This document shows positions 55,463-64,000 of a stretch of DNA of 64,000 nucleotides, piece after piece. The translations under genes were made by a program, and so were the position numbers. Within the stretch, counting starts at the first letter, position 1, and every line of letters begins with the position of its first letter. The stretch lies in assembly GCA_020845635.1 (NCBI GenBank), contig JADLFI010000030.1, positions 54,678-118,677 of the forward strand. The letters run 5' to 3'. The notes beneath the pieces were generated by a model. That model was given only the letters and a program-made list of their open reading frames with translations, was not told where the DNA came from and did no database searches. This stretch comes from Bacteroidia bacterium (GTDB taxonomy: Bacteria; Bacteroidota; Bacteroidia; UBA4408).

Positions 55463-56860
55463 TCAAAATAAAAATGGCTCAGACATCATTTTTGTTCGAT
55501 GAATCTTAAAATATAGGTCATTATACAAGTCTTGCTCGGCCAAATAATAAATAATATAACCTTTTTTTACATAAGTTTCTATTATTTCGGGGTTAAGGTA
55601 GAAAGCAAATTTTACCCTACCTTCAATAGGGTTTTCCATTTGCTGAATCAGTATTTGATTAAACCACCAGCCACTTATGATAACGGCAGGATAATTTATT
55701 GTTCGGGCTTTTTCAATAACTCGGGCGGTATAGTTCATTTTATTAATTCGCTTAGTATAATCGTTAATCATTGGTCCCGAGAAAAAGTCTAAAAACATTT
55801 CCTGCCCTGCTACTTTTGTTTTTAGCGCATATTTTGAATGCTGTGAGCCTCGATAAGGGTCGGTTAAATTTATACTAAAGCAAAAAGAAGAAATAATTAG
55901 CGAAACCAATAGTATAATAAAATGCATATTATTCAATGAACAAGCTCCCCATAAAATAAAAAATGGGACTATTAGCATTAAATAAGCCGATTTTTGTGGC
56001 AACATTAAATACGACCATGTTTGGATTATTAAAAGGCTCAAAAACAAAATATTTATAGGTTTAAAACCGTGGCCTACTTTATTGCGTGCAAATGGTAATA
56101 TAAAAGCCATGCAGATGAATGCGGGTAATCCAAAAACTCCGATGGTTGCTTTATAAAATATTTTAGCCGCATTGGGGTATGGAAATTGATCGCTGTAGGT
56201 AAAAAATCCACTACCATAAACATATATTATTGGCACATAGCATAAAACAGACACTAGCCCTGATAGTATTGAAAATACAATTATTTTTTTCCACTTCGTA
56301 TTTTGCTCTTCGGTAAATAATATCCACAACACAAAAGGAATATACAAGATAATAGAATTAATGCGACAACCAACAGCTAATGCAAAAAAAACAGCAGCCG
56401 TATAATATTTTTTGGAGATTAATAAATAAAAAGAGATTAATACAAACATTAAAGCCCACAAATAATCAACTGTACAAGTGCTATTAATATAAATTACAGG
56501 AGTAAAAACAAGGGCTAAAGCTGCTAAAACGGGTTGTTTTATAGACAGTTTTTTACCTATTAGGTAAAAGAAAATAAAACTAACTACACTACATAATGCC
56601 GAGAAAAAATTATAAAGCCAGGGGCCGTAACCCCAAAACAAAGCATATATAAACTCATTAACAGGATGCCCTGGAAGTCGTGAGGCTTCCATTACTCCAT
56701 AAAGTTGTGTGTGGTAGGCGGCCACCGCAATACCCCAGCTATCTTCCTCAACCCCATAACCGGCATTTAAAAATGGTATTCTTGATATCAATACCACAAG
56801 TGCCCAAAAACCTATTGATAAATAATTGTGACCAAATATATGAAATCGGTTTGCCTTCAT
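55463..56860 (-). CDS. GT-C membrane glycosyltransferase (PMT/ArnT-like, GT39/83 family)
   Basis: About 12 TM helices. N-terminal loop motif GYGVEEDSWG...RLPGHPVNE typical of the PMT_2/ArnT family. Confidence 0.65.
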   Translation of the reverse strand: MKANRFHIFGHNYLSIGFWALVVLISRIPFLNAGYGVEEDSWGIAVAAYHTQLYGVMEASRLPGHPVNEFIYALFWGYGPWLYNFFSALCSVVSFIFFYLIGKKLSIKQPVLAALALVFTPVIYINSTCTVDYLWALMFVLISFYLLISKKYYTAAVFFALAVGCRINSIILYIPFVLWILFTEEQNTKWKKIIVFSILSGLVSVLCYVPIIYVYGSGFFTYSDQFPYPNAAKIFYKATIGVFGLPAFICMAFILPFARNKVGHGFKPINILFLSLLIIQTWSYLMLPQKSAYLMLIVPFFILWGACSLNNMHFIILLVSLIISSFCFSINLTDPYRGSQHSKYALKTKVAGQEMFLDFFSGPMINDYTKRINKMNYTARVIEKARTINYPAVIISGWWFNQILIQQMENPIEGRVKFAFYLNPEIIETYVKKGYIIYYLAEQDLYNDLYFKIHRTKMMSEPFLF

Positions 56861-56865
56861 ATTAG

Positions 56866-58128
56866 TTATTTAATCACTAACTGTAAAGTATTACGGCTTC
56901 TTTGCTCTACCAGTATTTCTTTATCAGGAGCAATTCTTTTAAGGGTTTCATTGTTGTAATTTCTTACGGTATATAGTTCTACCGCTTCGTTATACTTTAC
57001 AAAAAAATCAGTTGATAGTTTTTTAATAAGTTCGGTTTTCTTTGAAAAATTATCAACGCAAACCGAAAAACTCAAAGCTGAGTTTTGCATCAGATTTACC
57101 TTTACCCTTAGTTGTGCTAATATTGCAAATATTTTACTTATGTTTTCCTCAACAATAAATGAAAAGTCTTTCCCTGAAATACTTAATAAAATTTGATTGG
57201 GCTTATGTATAAAACACTCTTGACTATTGCTTACCGTTTGATTATTGATGATAGTACCCGTGGTATGCGGGTTTACAAAGGATTTAACCAATAAAGGAAT
57301 ATTTTTGTTTTGTATGGGTTTAATGGTTTTAGGATGAATAATAGTTGCTCCGTAATACGTCAGTTCAACCGCATCATGATATGATAAATGTGGAATTAAT
57401 ACCGCCTCAGGGAATTTTTTAGGGTCGCCACTCATTACACCGGGAACATCTTTCCAGATAATAAGCTCTGTGGCCTGGTTTAAAAATGCTATAATTGATG
57501 CGGTATAGTCAGAACCTTCGCGTCCTAATGTTGTTGTAAAATTTTCGGAAGTGCAGCCAATAAAGCCTTGTGTAATACATAAACGATTGGTTGTTGTAAA
57601 AAAGTTGTCCTTTAATTCATCGTACAATTGTTGGGTAACATCCCACTCAATATTGGCCTCTCTATAATTATTATCAGTACGTAAAAAATCTCTAACATCA
57701 ATCCATTTGTTTGTGATGCCAACTTTGTTTAAGTAATGACTAATAATTTTTGTAGATAACAATTCGCCCATACTTACAATTTGGTCATAAGCATTATCAA
57801 AACTCAACCCTAAGCTATCATCCAACATCCAGTCAAGCTCTACAAAGGTATTGTGTATATCATCAAAAACAGGATGGTTGGGTTGATCCTGAAAAAGTTC
57901 GCGAATAATGCTGAAATGAAATTCTTTAATCTTATCTAGATGAGTATGAGCATTGTTAGAATTGACCAACAACTCCCGAGTAAATTCTTCCAGCGCGTTG
58001 GTAGTCTTTCCCATAGCAGAGATAACAACAAAAATATTTTCTTGCTGATAGGAAGACAAAATACCCGCAACGTTTTTTATCGAATCTGCATCTTTAACCG
58101 AGGCTCCACCAAATTTAAATACCTTCAT
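56866..58128 (-). CDS. Aspartate kinase (monofunctional)
   Basis: MKVFKFGGASV... amino-acid kinase fold with C-terminal ACT domains. Confidence 0.9.
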   Translation of the reverse strand: MKVFKFGGASVKDADSIKNVAGILSSYQQENIFVVISAMGKTTNALEEFTRELLVNSNNAHTHLDKIKEFHFSIIRELFQDQPNHPVFDDIHNTFVELDWMLDDSLGLSFDNAYDQIVSMGELLSTKIISHYLNKVGITNKWIDVRDFLRTDNNYREANIEWDVTQQLYDELKDNFFTTTNRLCITQGFIGCTSENFTTTLGREGSDYTASIIAFLNQATELIIWKDVPGVMSGDPKKFPEAVLIPHLSYHDAVELTYYGATIIHPKTIKPIQNKNIPLLVKSFVNPHTTGTIINNQTVSNSQECFIHKPNQILLSISGKDFSFIVEENISKIFAILAQLRVKVNLMQNSALSFSVCVDNFSKKTELIKKLSTDFFVKYNEAVELYTVRNYNNETLKRIAPDKEILVEQRSRNTLQLVIK

Positions 58129-58503
58129 AAATATGATTTTTTTCTATGCAATATTAATGAATTAAAGGTTTTCATCGCTAAACAATTTAAGAAAGCACGT
58201 TAATAATTAAACAACATAATAGGTAGAAGTATAATAATTTCTTATTATGTATTAATTTATTGTTTGAAGAAAAAAGTACTATTAGTAATGAAAACGGCAA
58301 TAGACAAATATCGTTTCGTTTCTATAATATATAAAATTGAACTGTGCTCATCATCTCATCTATTCTGCCCCCTTTATCAGTCAATATTTTATATGTTGAA
58401 AACAAGCTTCAAATACAAAAAATAAAAAAAGTTGTCTTAAAATAATTCCTTTATTTTTGTTAGTTGATTTTGTGACGTATTGATTCAATAATTTAAAAAA
58501 CTG

Positions 58504-59583
58504 ATGCCTAAAAAGAAAATACTAACCGTTGTTGGTGCCCGACCTCAGTTTATTAAGTGTGCTGCATTAAGCAAACAACTAAGAGTATATTTTCATGAAA
58601 TTATTGTTCATACCGGACAACATTATGACCACAATCTTTCGGATAACTTTTTTCAAGAATTAAATATCCCTACGCCTGATTATAATTTGAATGCTTTGGG
58701 AGGTATGGCTATTCCTCAAATAGCTGATATTATGATAAAATTTCAGGATATTGTTCAAAAAGAAAACCCCGATGCCATAATCGTTTTTGGCGATACCAAC
58801 AGCACTGCTGCTGCATCTATTGTAGCTGCAAAGAACAACATTCGTTTAGTTCACATTGAAGCCGGTATGCGCGAGTTTGATAAAAGTATTCCGGAAGAAA
58901 CCAATAAGTTGATTACCGATATTCTAGCTGATTATTATTTTTGTCCTACCCCTACAGCCGTTAAATGGTTGGCAGAGATGGGAATTACAAGTAATGTTTT
59001 TCACTCGGGCGATATTATGATTGACCTGATTGAAACCTACAGAGAAGCAATTGAACAAAACACCGCCATACTCGGAAAATTTAATGTAACGCAAAAAAAT
59101 TATGTATTTGCTACTTGCCACAGAGCTGCCAATACTGATAATGCCGAAAATTTAAAAGTAATTTTGAGCGCCCTCGGACAAATAGATGTAAAAGTAATTT
59201 TTCCTATTCATCCGCGCACTCAAAGTGCAATTAAGGAATTTGGTTATGAGGAGCTACTCAAAGCCCCAAATATTATAGTTTCTGATCCTATAGGATATGT
59301 TGACACTCAAAGTCTTATAAAGTTTGCTAAAATAGTAATTACTGATTCCGGAGGAATAACAAAAGAATGTTTTTATCATGCTACTCCCGGAATTTTGACA
59401 GATAAACAAACAGAATGGATAGAAACAGTTGAGCAAGGCTGGAACATTCAGGCAGGGCCTGACAGTTATAAAATTTTAGAGGCTTATAAAAACTTTAAAT
59501 TGCCTTTAAAACACCAAAATGTGTTGGGGCAAGGTAATGCTGCATTAATAATAGCAGAGCAGTTAAATAATTTATTAAATTAG
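58504..59583 (+). CDS. wecB: UDP-N-acetylglucosamine 2-epimerase (non-hydrolysing)
   Basis: ILTVVGARPQFIK..., HTGQHYD and DSGG motifs. Confidence 0.9.
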   Translation: MPKKKILTVVGARPQFIKCAALSKQLRVYFHEIIVHTGQHYDHNLSDNFFQELNIPTPDYNLNALGGMAIPQIADIMIKFQDIVQKENPDAIIVFGDTNSTAAASIVAAKNNIRLVHIEAGMREFDKSIPEETNKLITDILADYYFCPTPTAVKWLAEMGITSNVFHSGDIMIDLIETYREAIEQNTAILGKFNVTQKNYVFATCHRAANTDNAENLKVILSALGQIDVKVIFPIHPRTQSAIKEFGYEELLKAPNIIVSDPIGYVDTQSLIKFAKIVITDSGGITKECFYHATPGILTDKQTEWIETVEQGWNIQAGPDSYKILEAYKNFKLPLKHQNVLGQGNAALIIAEQLNNLLN

Positions 59584-59630
59584 TATTTTATAAGTTTATA
59601 TTAGCAGAAAAAACAAAAAGCATTTCAACA

Positions 59631-60950
59631 ATGCCTCACGATCACAAAACAAAAGTTCTTATTCTGAGTTACTTTTTCCCACCTTGTAACATAACCTCTT
59701 CACAAAGAGCATATAGTTGGGCTAAGTACCTTGGCGAGTTTGGTTATTACCCCATTGTTATTACCAGAAACTGGGAAAGAGCAGTAAGATATCCTACCGA
59801 CTTACATTACAATACTTATCAAACAACTATACATCAAAAGTTTGGCACTTATGAAGTTTTTTATTTGCCCTACAAGCAGTCGTTAAGAGATAAATTATTT
59901 ATAAGGGATAAAAAAAGATCTAAAAATATTTTTAGAAAGCTGCTCACGCTGTGGGAGCTAATTATGCAAAACTATTTTGACTTCTCCATTCCTTTCAATA
60001 ACTTTTATCATTTTGCCAATGAATATTTAAAGAAGAACAAGGATATTAAATTAATGATTGTAACGGTTAACCCGTACGTTATGTTTAAATTTGCTGCTAA
60101 GCTAAAAAAGCAACATCCGCAAATAAAGTGGATAGCAGATTACCGAGATGATTGGAACACTCGCAAGGAATCACACTGGTACAACGGATTTCCATTAATA
60201 AAAAGGTTTGCAGCTAATATTGAAAGAAACTCCGAATTAAAATGGACAGCCTCTTCATCCCTTATAACTTCTGTATCTGAATTTAATACCGAAAAAATAA
60301 GTCGTTTTTTAAACAAGCCCGGGGTAACGGTTTATAATGGTTTTATTCCTGAAGATTTTGATTCTTTGAAACAAATTTCAGATTATGATAACTTCAATAT
60401 AACCTTTAACGGAACTATTATTGAAATGCAAGAGATAGCCATTTTTATTGCTGCATTAAAACGTATTATTGACGAATACCAGGGAAAGACCAAAGTAAAG
60501 ATTAACTTTATTGGAACCGGATATGATATATATCAGGAGATGAAAATTAAGTCTTTGATGGAAGGGTATGAAAAGCATTTGAATATTACACACCGTATTC
60601 CTCGCAAAAAAGTATTAGAAGTTCAAATGCGTTCGCAAGTATTGTTGCTAGTGGCCTACGGTCATGTAAAAGGTATTACCGGGACTAAAACTTTTGATTA
60701 CTTAGCCACCGGAAAGCCTATAATACTATGCCCTTCAGATAATGATATTTTAGAAAGAATAGTAAAAGAAACCGGACAAGGAATTATTTGTAACAATGAA
60801 CATGAAGCATATATTGCTTTAAAACAATTAATAGATGAGTGGCTTAACAATAAAAGCATAAAAGTTAGCTTAAATACAAAAGCAATTGAGTTTTACACAC
60901 GTAAAAAACAAACAGAAACTTTAAGTAAAGAATTAAATAAGTTAATCTAA
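59631..60950 (+). CDS. Glycosyltransferase (GT4-like)
   Basis: YFFPP N-terminal GT4-like motif and a GT-B two-domain layout. Confidence 0.65.
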   Translation: MPHDHKTKVLILSYFFPPCNITSSQRAYSWAKYLGEFGYYPIVITRNWERAVRYPTDLHYNTYQTTIHQKFGTYEVFYLPYKQSLRDKLFIRDKKRSKNIFRKLLTLWELIMQNYFDFSIPFNNFYHFANEYLKKNKDIKLMIVTVNPYVMFKFAAKLKKQHPQIKWIADYRDDWNTRKESHWYNGFPLIKRFAANIERNSELKWTASSSLITSVSEFNTEKISRFLNKPGVTVYNGFIPEDFDSLKQISDYDNFNITFNGTIIEMQEIAIFIAALKRIIDEYQGKTKVKINFIGTGYDIYQEMKIKSLMEGYEKHLNITHRIPRKKVLEVQMRSQVLLLVAYGHVKGITGTKTFDYLATGKPIILCPSDNDILERIVKETGQGIICNNEHEAYIALKQLIDEWLNNKSIKVSLNTKAIEFYTRKKQTETLSKELNKLI

Positions 60951-60959
60951 AAGAATAAA

Positions 60960-61439
60960 TTAGAAAATCTTCTTAAGCTCGCGATCGGTTAGTTTGCAAT
61001 TAATCCATTCATCATCTAAAATAACCGGCATTTTTTGATAAAAATTTATGGCCGGTTTATTCCAGTTCAATACCTGCCATTCCATACGTCTTACATTTTC
61101 TTTCTTTGCTATTTGTGCTACTTTATCAAAAAGTAATTTTCCTACTCCTGCTCCTCTTTCCTTTTCTGTTACAATAATATCATCTAAGTACAAACAACGG
61201 CCTTTCCAGGTTGAGTATTTAAAATAATACAAGGCCAAACCTATTACTTTGTTATTTTTCTCGGCTACAAAAAAATGAAATATTTTTTTTCGGCCAAAGC
61301 CTAATTCTTTCATCTCTTCAAGACCTACACTAACCTCGTGAGGTGCTTTTTCATATACTGCCAACTCCTTAATTAAGGATAGCGCATGTGGCAAATCGGC
61401 CGGTTTTCCTTTGCGAATAATGATTTTATTTGTTTTCAT
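60960..61439 (-). CDS. GNAT family N-acetyltransferase
   Basis: Start ATG 61439 (MKTNKIIIRKG...), right after the permease stop. The track start 61526 would overlap the permease by 83 nt. Acetyl-CoA motif RGAGVGKLL is present. Confidence 0.7.
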   Translation of the reverse strand: MKTNKIIIRKGKPADLPHALSLIKELAVYEKAPHEVSVGLEEMKELGFGRKKIFHFFVAEKNNKVIGLALYYFKYSTWKGRCLYLDDIIVTEKERGAGVGKLLFDKVAQIAKKENVRRMEWQVLNWNKPAINFYQKMPVILDDEWINCKLTDRELKKIF

Positions 61440-61443
61440 AACT

Positions 61444-62649
61444 TTAATTGGTAGAACGTGTATCAAGTGCATCACGCAACCCGTTTCCCAGCAAGGTAAA
61501 CGATAATACCAGCAGCATAATGGCAACCCCGGGAATAATGGCTAAATAAGCTTTGTCTAACACTATGTACCCGTAATGTTCTTTAATCATATTTCCCCAA
61601 CTAGGCATGGGGGGCTGCGCTCCAACGCCCAAAAAACTTAGTCCGGCTTCAATTAATATGGCACTTGCAAAGTTACTTGCCGAAATAACAATTAACGGGC
61701 TCCAGGTATTAGGTAGTATATGCTTAAAAATAATGCGCCATGTCGGAAATCCCAAGGCACGTGCCGCCTCAACAAACTCTTTTTCGCGAAGGCTCAAAAA
61801 CTGACCTCGTGTAATACGGGCTACTTCAACCCACATAGTTAATCCTACTGCTATGAATATTTGAGAAAAGCCTTTCCCTAACAATAAAGTAATAGAAATT
61901 ACCAGCAATAATGTAGGTACCGACCATATTACATTAACCAACCAAGTAATTACAGCATCGGTTTTACCTCCAAAATATCCGGCTAAGGCTCCCATAACAA
62001 TACCTATGAGTAATGAAACAAGAACTGCAATTAACCCCACCGATAATGAAACAATGGTTCCGGCTAATAAACGACTAAGCATATCACGTCCATATTTATC
62101 TGTGCCAAGTAAATAAGTATCTGTGTTGATATGTTGCTTTTCAACTATCTCTGTTAGTTCTTCTCGGGTGTGGGTAATAATATTTCCCTTACTGTCTTTA
62201 AAACTAATTTGTTGGTTAGTGCTGTTATAACTTGATGTATTGGTGCCATAAACTATTTCAGATAAATTGATAGTTTTTTCGGGCAAGGAAATTGTATCGT
62301 TATCATCATATTCTTTGTATATTAGCTTATCATCCTTATAGCGGTAACTGTTTATAGGAACAATCCTGTTTTCGTTTTCCTGACTTCCAAAAAGCATTTT
62401 CTCAAAAAAATTTTTCTCTTCTACCTCTTTTCCTTTATTTATCAATAGAGTTTTAACCATAAATCCGGGCGGTTTTGAGGCAATAGGCAACATCATTTCA
62501 TTCGCCATTTCAGTCTTATCCTTTCTAAGGTTTGCTCCTAACAATGATATAAACACTGCCAACAAAATAATTATTAACCCTAACATTGCAGGTTTGTTTT
62601 TAAATAATTTGTTTAATGCTATTTTGCCCGGAGAATTGTTTTGAAACAA
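61444..62649 (-). CDS. ABC transporter permease (OppC/DppC-type) with large periplasmic loop
   Basis: BPD_transp_1 signature region EAARALGFPTWRIIFKHILP and six TM helices. Confidence 0.8.
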   Translation of the reverse strand: MFQNNSPGKIALNKLFKNKPAMLGLIIILLAVFISLLGANLRKDKTEMANEMMLPIASKPPGFMVKTLLINKGKEVEEKNFFEKMLFGSQENENRIVPINSYRYKDDKLIYKEYDDNDTISLPEKTINLSEIVYGTNTSSYNSTNQQISFKDSKGNIITHTREELTEIVEKQHINTDTYLLGTDKYGRDMLSRLLAGTIVSLSVGLIAVLVSLLIGIVMGALAGYFGGKTDAVITWLVNVIWSVPTLLLVISITLLLGKGFSQIFIAVGLTMWVEVARITRGQFLSLREKEFVEAARALGFPTWRIIFKHILPNTWSPLIVISASNFASAILIEAGLSFLGVGAQPPMPSWGNMIKEHYGYIVLDKAYLAIIPGVAIMLLVLSFTLLGNGLRDALDTRSTN

Positions 62650-62808
62650 GTTGTTTTTTGAGGGTAAATCTACTATCTATTTTAATTTTTTTCAAAAAAA
62701 TAATTCATAATTGATGCTTTCTTGTTTCAATGCTTATGCAAATAAATATTGCTCATAACTTTTTTACTACGTATTCAACAATATCTATTTTAATCTTATT
62801 TTTGAAGA

Positions 62809-64000
62809 ATGGTAACAAAAGAAAGAAATATTATTTTTATTTGGATGTTGCTGCTTATATCCATATTTACACACCCCTCTTACGCCCAAAATTACACACT
62901 CTCCGGCATCATTAAAGAAAAAAAAACAGGCGAAACTTTGCCCGGTGTTAGCTTGCGTTGCGACTCATTAAAAACATATATACAGTCAAATAATTATGGT
63001 TTTTACTCTATAAGTTTACCTGCCGGAAATCATAAAATTACGGTAAGTACCTTAGGCTTTACGGCTATTGATACAATTGTTTCCATGAGCCAAAACATAA
63101 GGCTTGACTTTTTTCTTACCCAAGGAATTACTTTGAAAGAGGTTGTAATAAGTGCTGAAGAGAAAAGAAAAATAAGTGAAGAGTCGCAAATGAGCGTTAT
63201 TAATATTCCTATTCAGCAAATTAAAGATGTACCTGCTTTATTTGGCGAGAAAGATGTTTTAAAAGTAATTCAACTAATGCCCGGAATACAAAAAGGAAGC
63301 GAAGGTAACAGTGGTATTTATGTGAGAGGCGGTGGACCTGATCAAAACTTAATAATTTTAGATGATGCTACCGTTTATAATGCCTATCACTTGTTTGGAT
63401 TTTTTTCATTGTTTAATGGTGATGCGCTAAAAAGTGTAGAGTTAATTAAAGGCGGTTTTCCGGCTTCTTATGGCGGAAGATTATCATCAGTAATCAATAT
63501 GCAAATGAAAGAAGGGAATTTAGAAGAATATAAAGCCGATATAGGCATTGGTCTTATTGCGTCACGACTTATGGTGGAAGGCCCTCTTAAAAAGCAAAAA
63601 TCTTCTTTCCTGGTGTCGGCTCGCAGAACCTATATTGATATGCTTGTTTACCCATTATTGCCAAGCGATCAAAAAGCCGGATATTACTTTTATGACATGA
63701 ATGCCAAGCTTAATTATATTCTTGGCGACAAAGACCGTTTGTATGCCAGTGGGTATTTCGGAAAGGATAAATTCTACTTTTCCAATAAAAATTCATCTAA
63801 TAATTTCTCGGGAAACCTCAACTGGGGCAATGCTACCGGAACTTTACGATGGAATCATATTTATAATGGTAAATTATTTTCAAACACTTCACTCATTTTT
63901 ACCAACTACCAACTTGGTATAGGTTCAAAAGAAAAATGGGGGGGCAATTTTTTTGAGATGAAATTTAGTTCGGCTATCCAAGACTATACCTTTAAACATG
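62809..64000 (+). CDS. TonB-dependent outer-membrane receptor, 5' partial (continues beyond window)
   Basis: Signal peptide. CarboxypepD_reg-like N-terminal domain (YTLSGIIKEKKTGETLPGVSL). TonB-box/plug region (DVPALFGEKDVLKVIQLMPGIQ...SGIYVRGGGPDQNLIILDDATVYN). It is not in the ORF track because no stop falls inside the window. Confidence 0.8.
   Translation, partial: MVTKERNIIFIWMLLLISIFTHPSYAQNYTLSGIIKEKKTGETLPGVSLRCDSLKTYIQSNNYGFYSISLPAGNHKITVSTLGFTAIDTIVSMSQNIRLDFFLTQGITLKEVVISAEEKRKISEESQMSVINIPIQQIKDVPALFGEKDVLKVIQLMPGIQKGSEGNSGIYVRGGGPDQNLIILDDATVYNAYHLFGFFSLFNGDALKSVELIKGGFPASYGGRLSSVINMQMKEGNLEEYKADIGIGLIASRLMVEGPLKKQKSSFLVSARRTYIDMLVYPLLPSDQKAGYYFYDMNAKLNYILGDKDRLYASGYFGKDKFYFSNKNSSNNFSGNLNWGNATGTLRWNHIYNGKLFSNTSLIFTNYQLGIGSKEKWGGNFFEMKFSSAIQDYTFKH

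Noticed and set aside
58129-58400. Possible lysine riboswitch in the aspartokinase leader
   Set aside because: The reverse-complement leader is AT-rich with no conserved L-box helices.
61440-61526. N-terminal extension of the GNAT ORF overlapping the permease by 83 nt
   Set aside because: An internal ATG at 61439 directly follows the permease stop and gives a normal GNAT N-terminus. The long overlap is unlikely.
62730-62915. 61-aa ORF and 63701..63922 ORF
   Set aside because: These are alternate frames. The real gene is the TonB-dependent receptor starting at ATG 62809, which runs past the window end.
1-64000. CRISPR arrays, rRNA genes, IS elements or integrases
   Set aside because: No direct-repeat/spacer periodicity, no rRNA-like segments and no transposase or integrase-like ORFs were seen anywhere in the window.

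Overview
This 64-kb window looks like a low-GC Bacteroidetes chromosome segment (Flavobacteriia or Cytophagia-like), judged from AT-rich codon usage, TAnnTTTG -7 promoter motifs and many proteins with type IX secretion (T9SS) C-terminal sorting domains. It mixes core housekeeping genes with one clear accessory island.

- **Housekeeping.**
  - proS, tRNA-Glu, rpsT, gcvP, rsmG, hpf and an aspartokinase are present.
  - The classic conserved block is intact: tRNA-Thr/Tyr/Gly/Thr, tuf, tRNA-Trp, secE, nusG, rplK, rplA, rplJ, rplL, rpoB, rpoC.
- **Accessory island (about 13.7-26.3 kb, minus strand).**
  - A Lys-rich secreted protein sits directly upstream of a 2372-aa giant T9SS adhesin-like protein.
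  - The giant protein contains a diverged duplication of a roughly 1.55-kb block about 2.25 kb apart and seven Ig-like tandem repeats.
  - Next is a T9SS-secreted protein carrying a lysyl-oxidase (LOX) catalytic domain with the three copper-binding His and the cofactor Lys and Tyr conserved.
  - The last gene is a smaller T9SS cargo protein with SprB/PKD-type repeats.
  - This apparent secreted matrix-crosslinking module is the most novel-looking content.
- **Other notable items.**
  - A truncated Gly/Tyr/Trp-rich lipoprotein with a His7 tract.
  - An orphan LuxE-like acyl-protein synthetase next to folB.
  - Two GT-C (PMT/ArnT-like) membrane glycosyltransferases with TPR partners.
  - A fused double-ATPase ABC protein and an OppC-like permease, both without partners.
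  - A small cell-wall glycosyl locus (wecB, a GT4 glycosyltransferase, GNAT).
  - A partial TonB-dependent receptor at the window end.

No CRISPR array, rRNA or obvious mobile element was seen.
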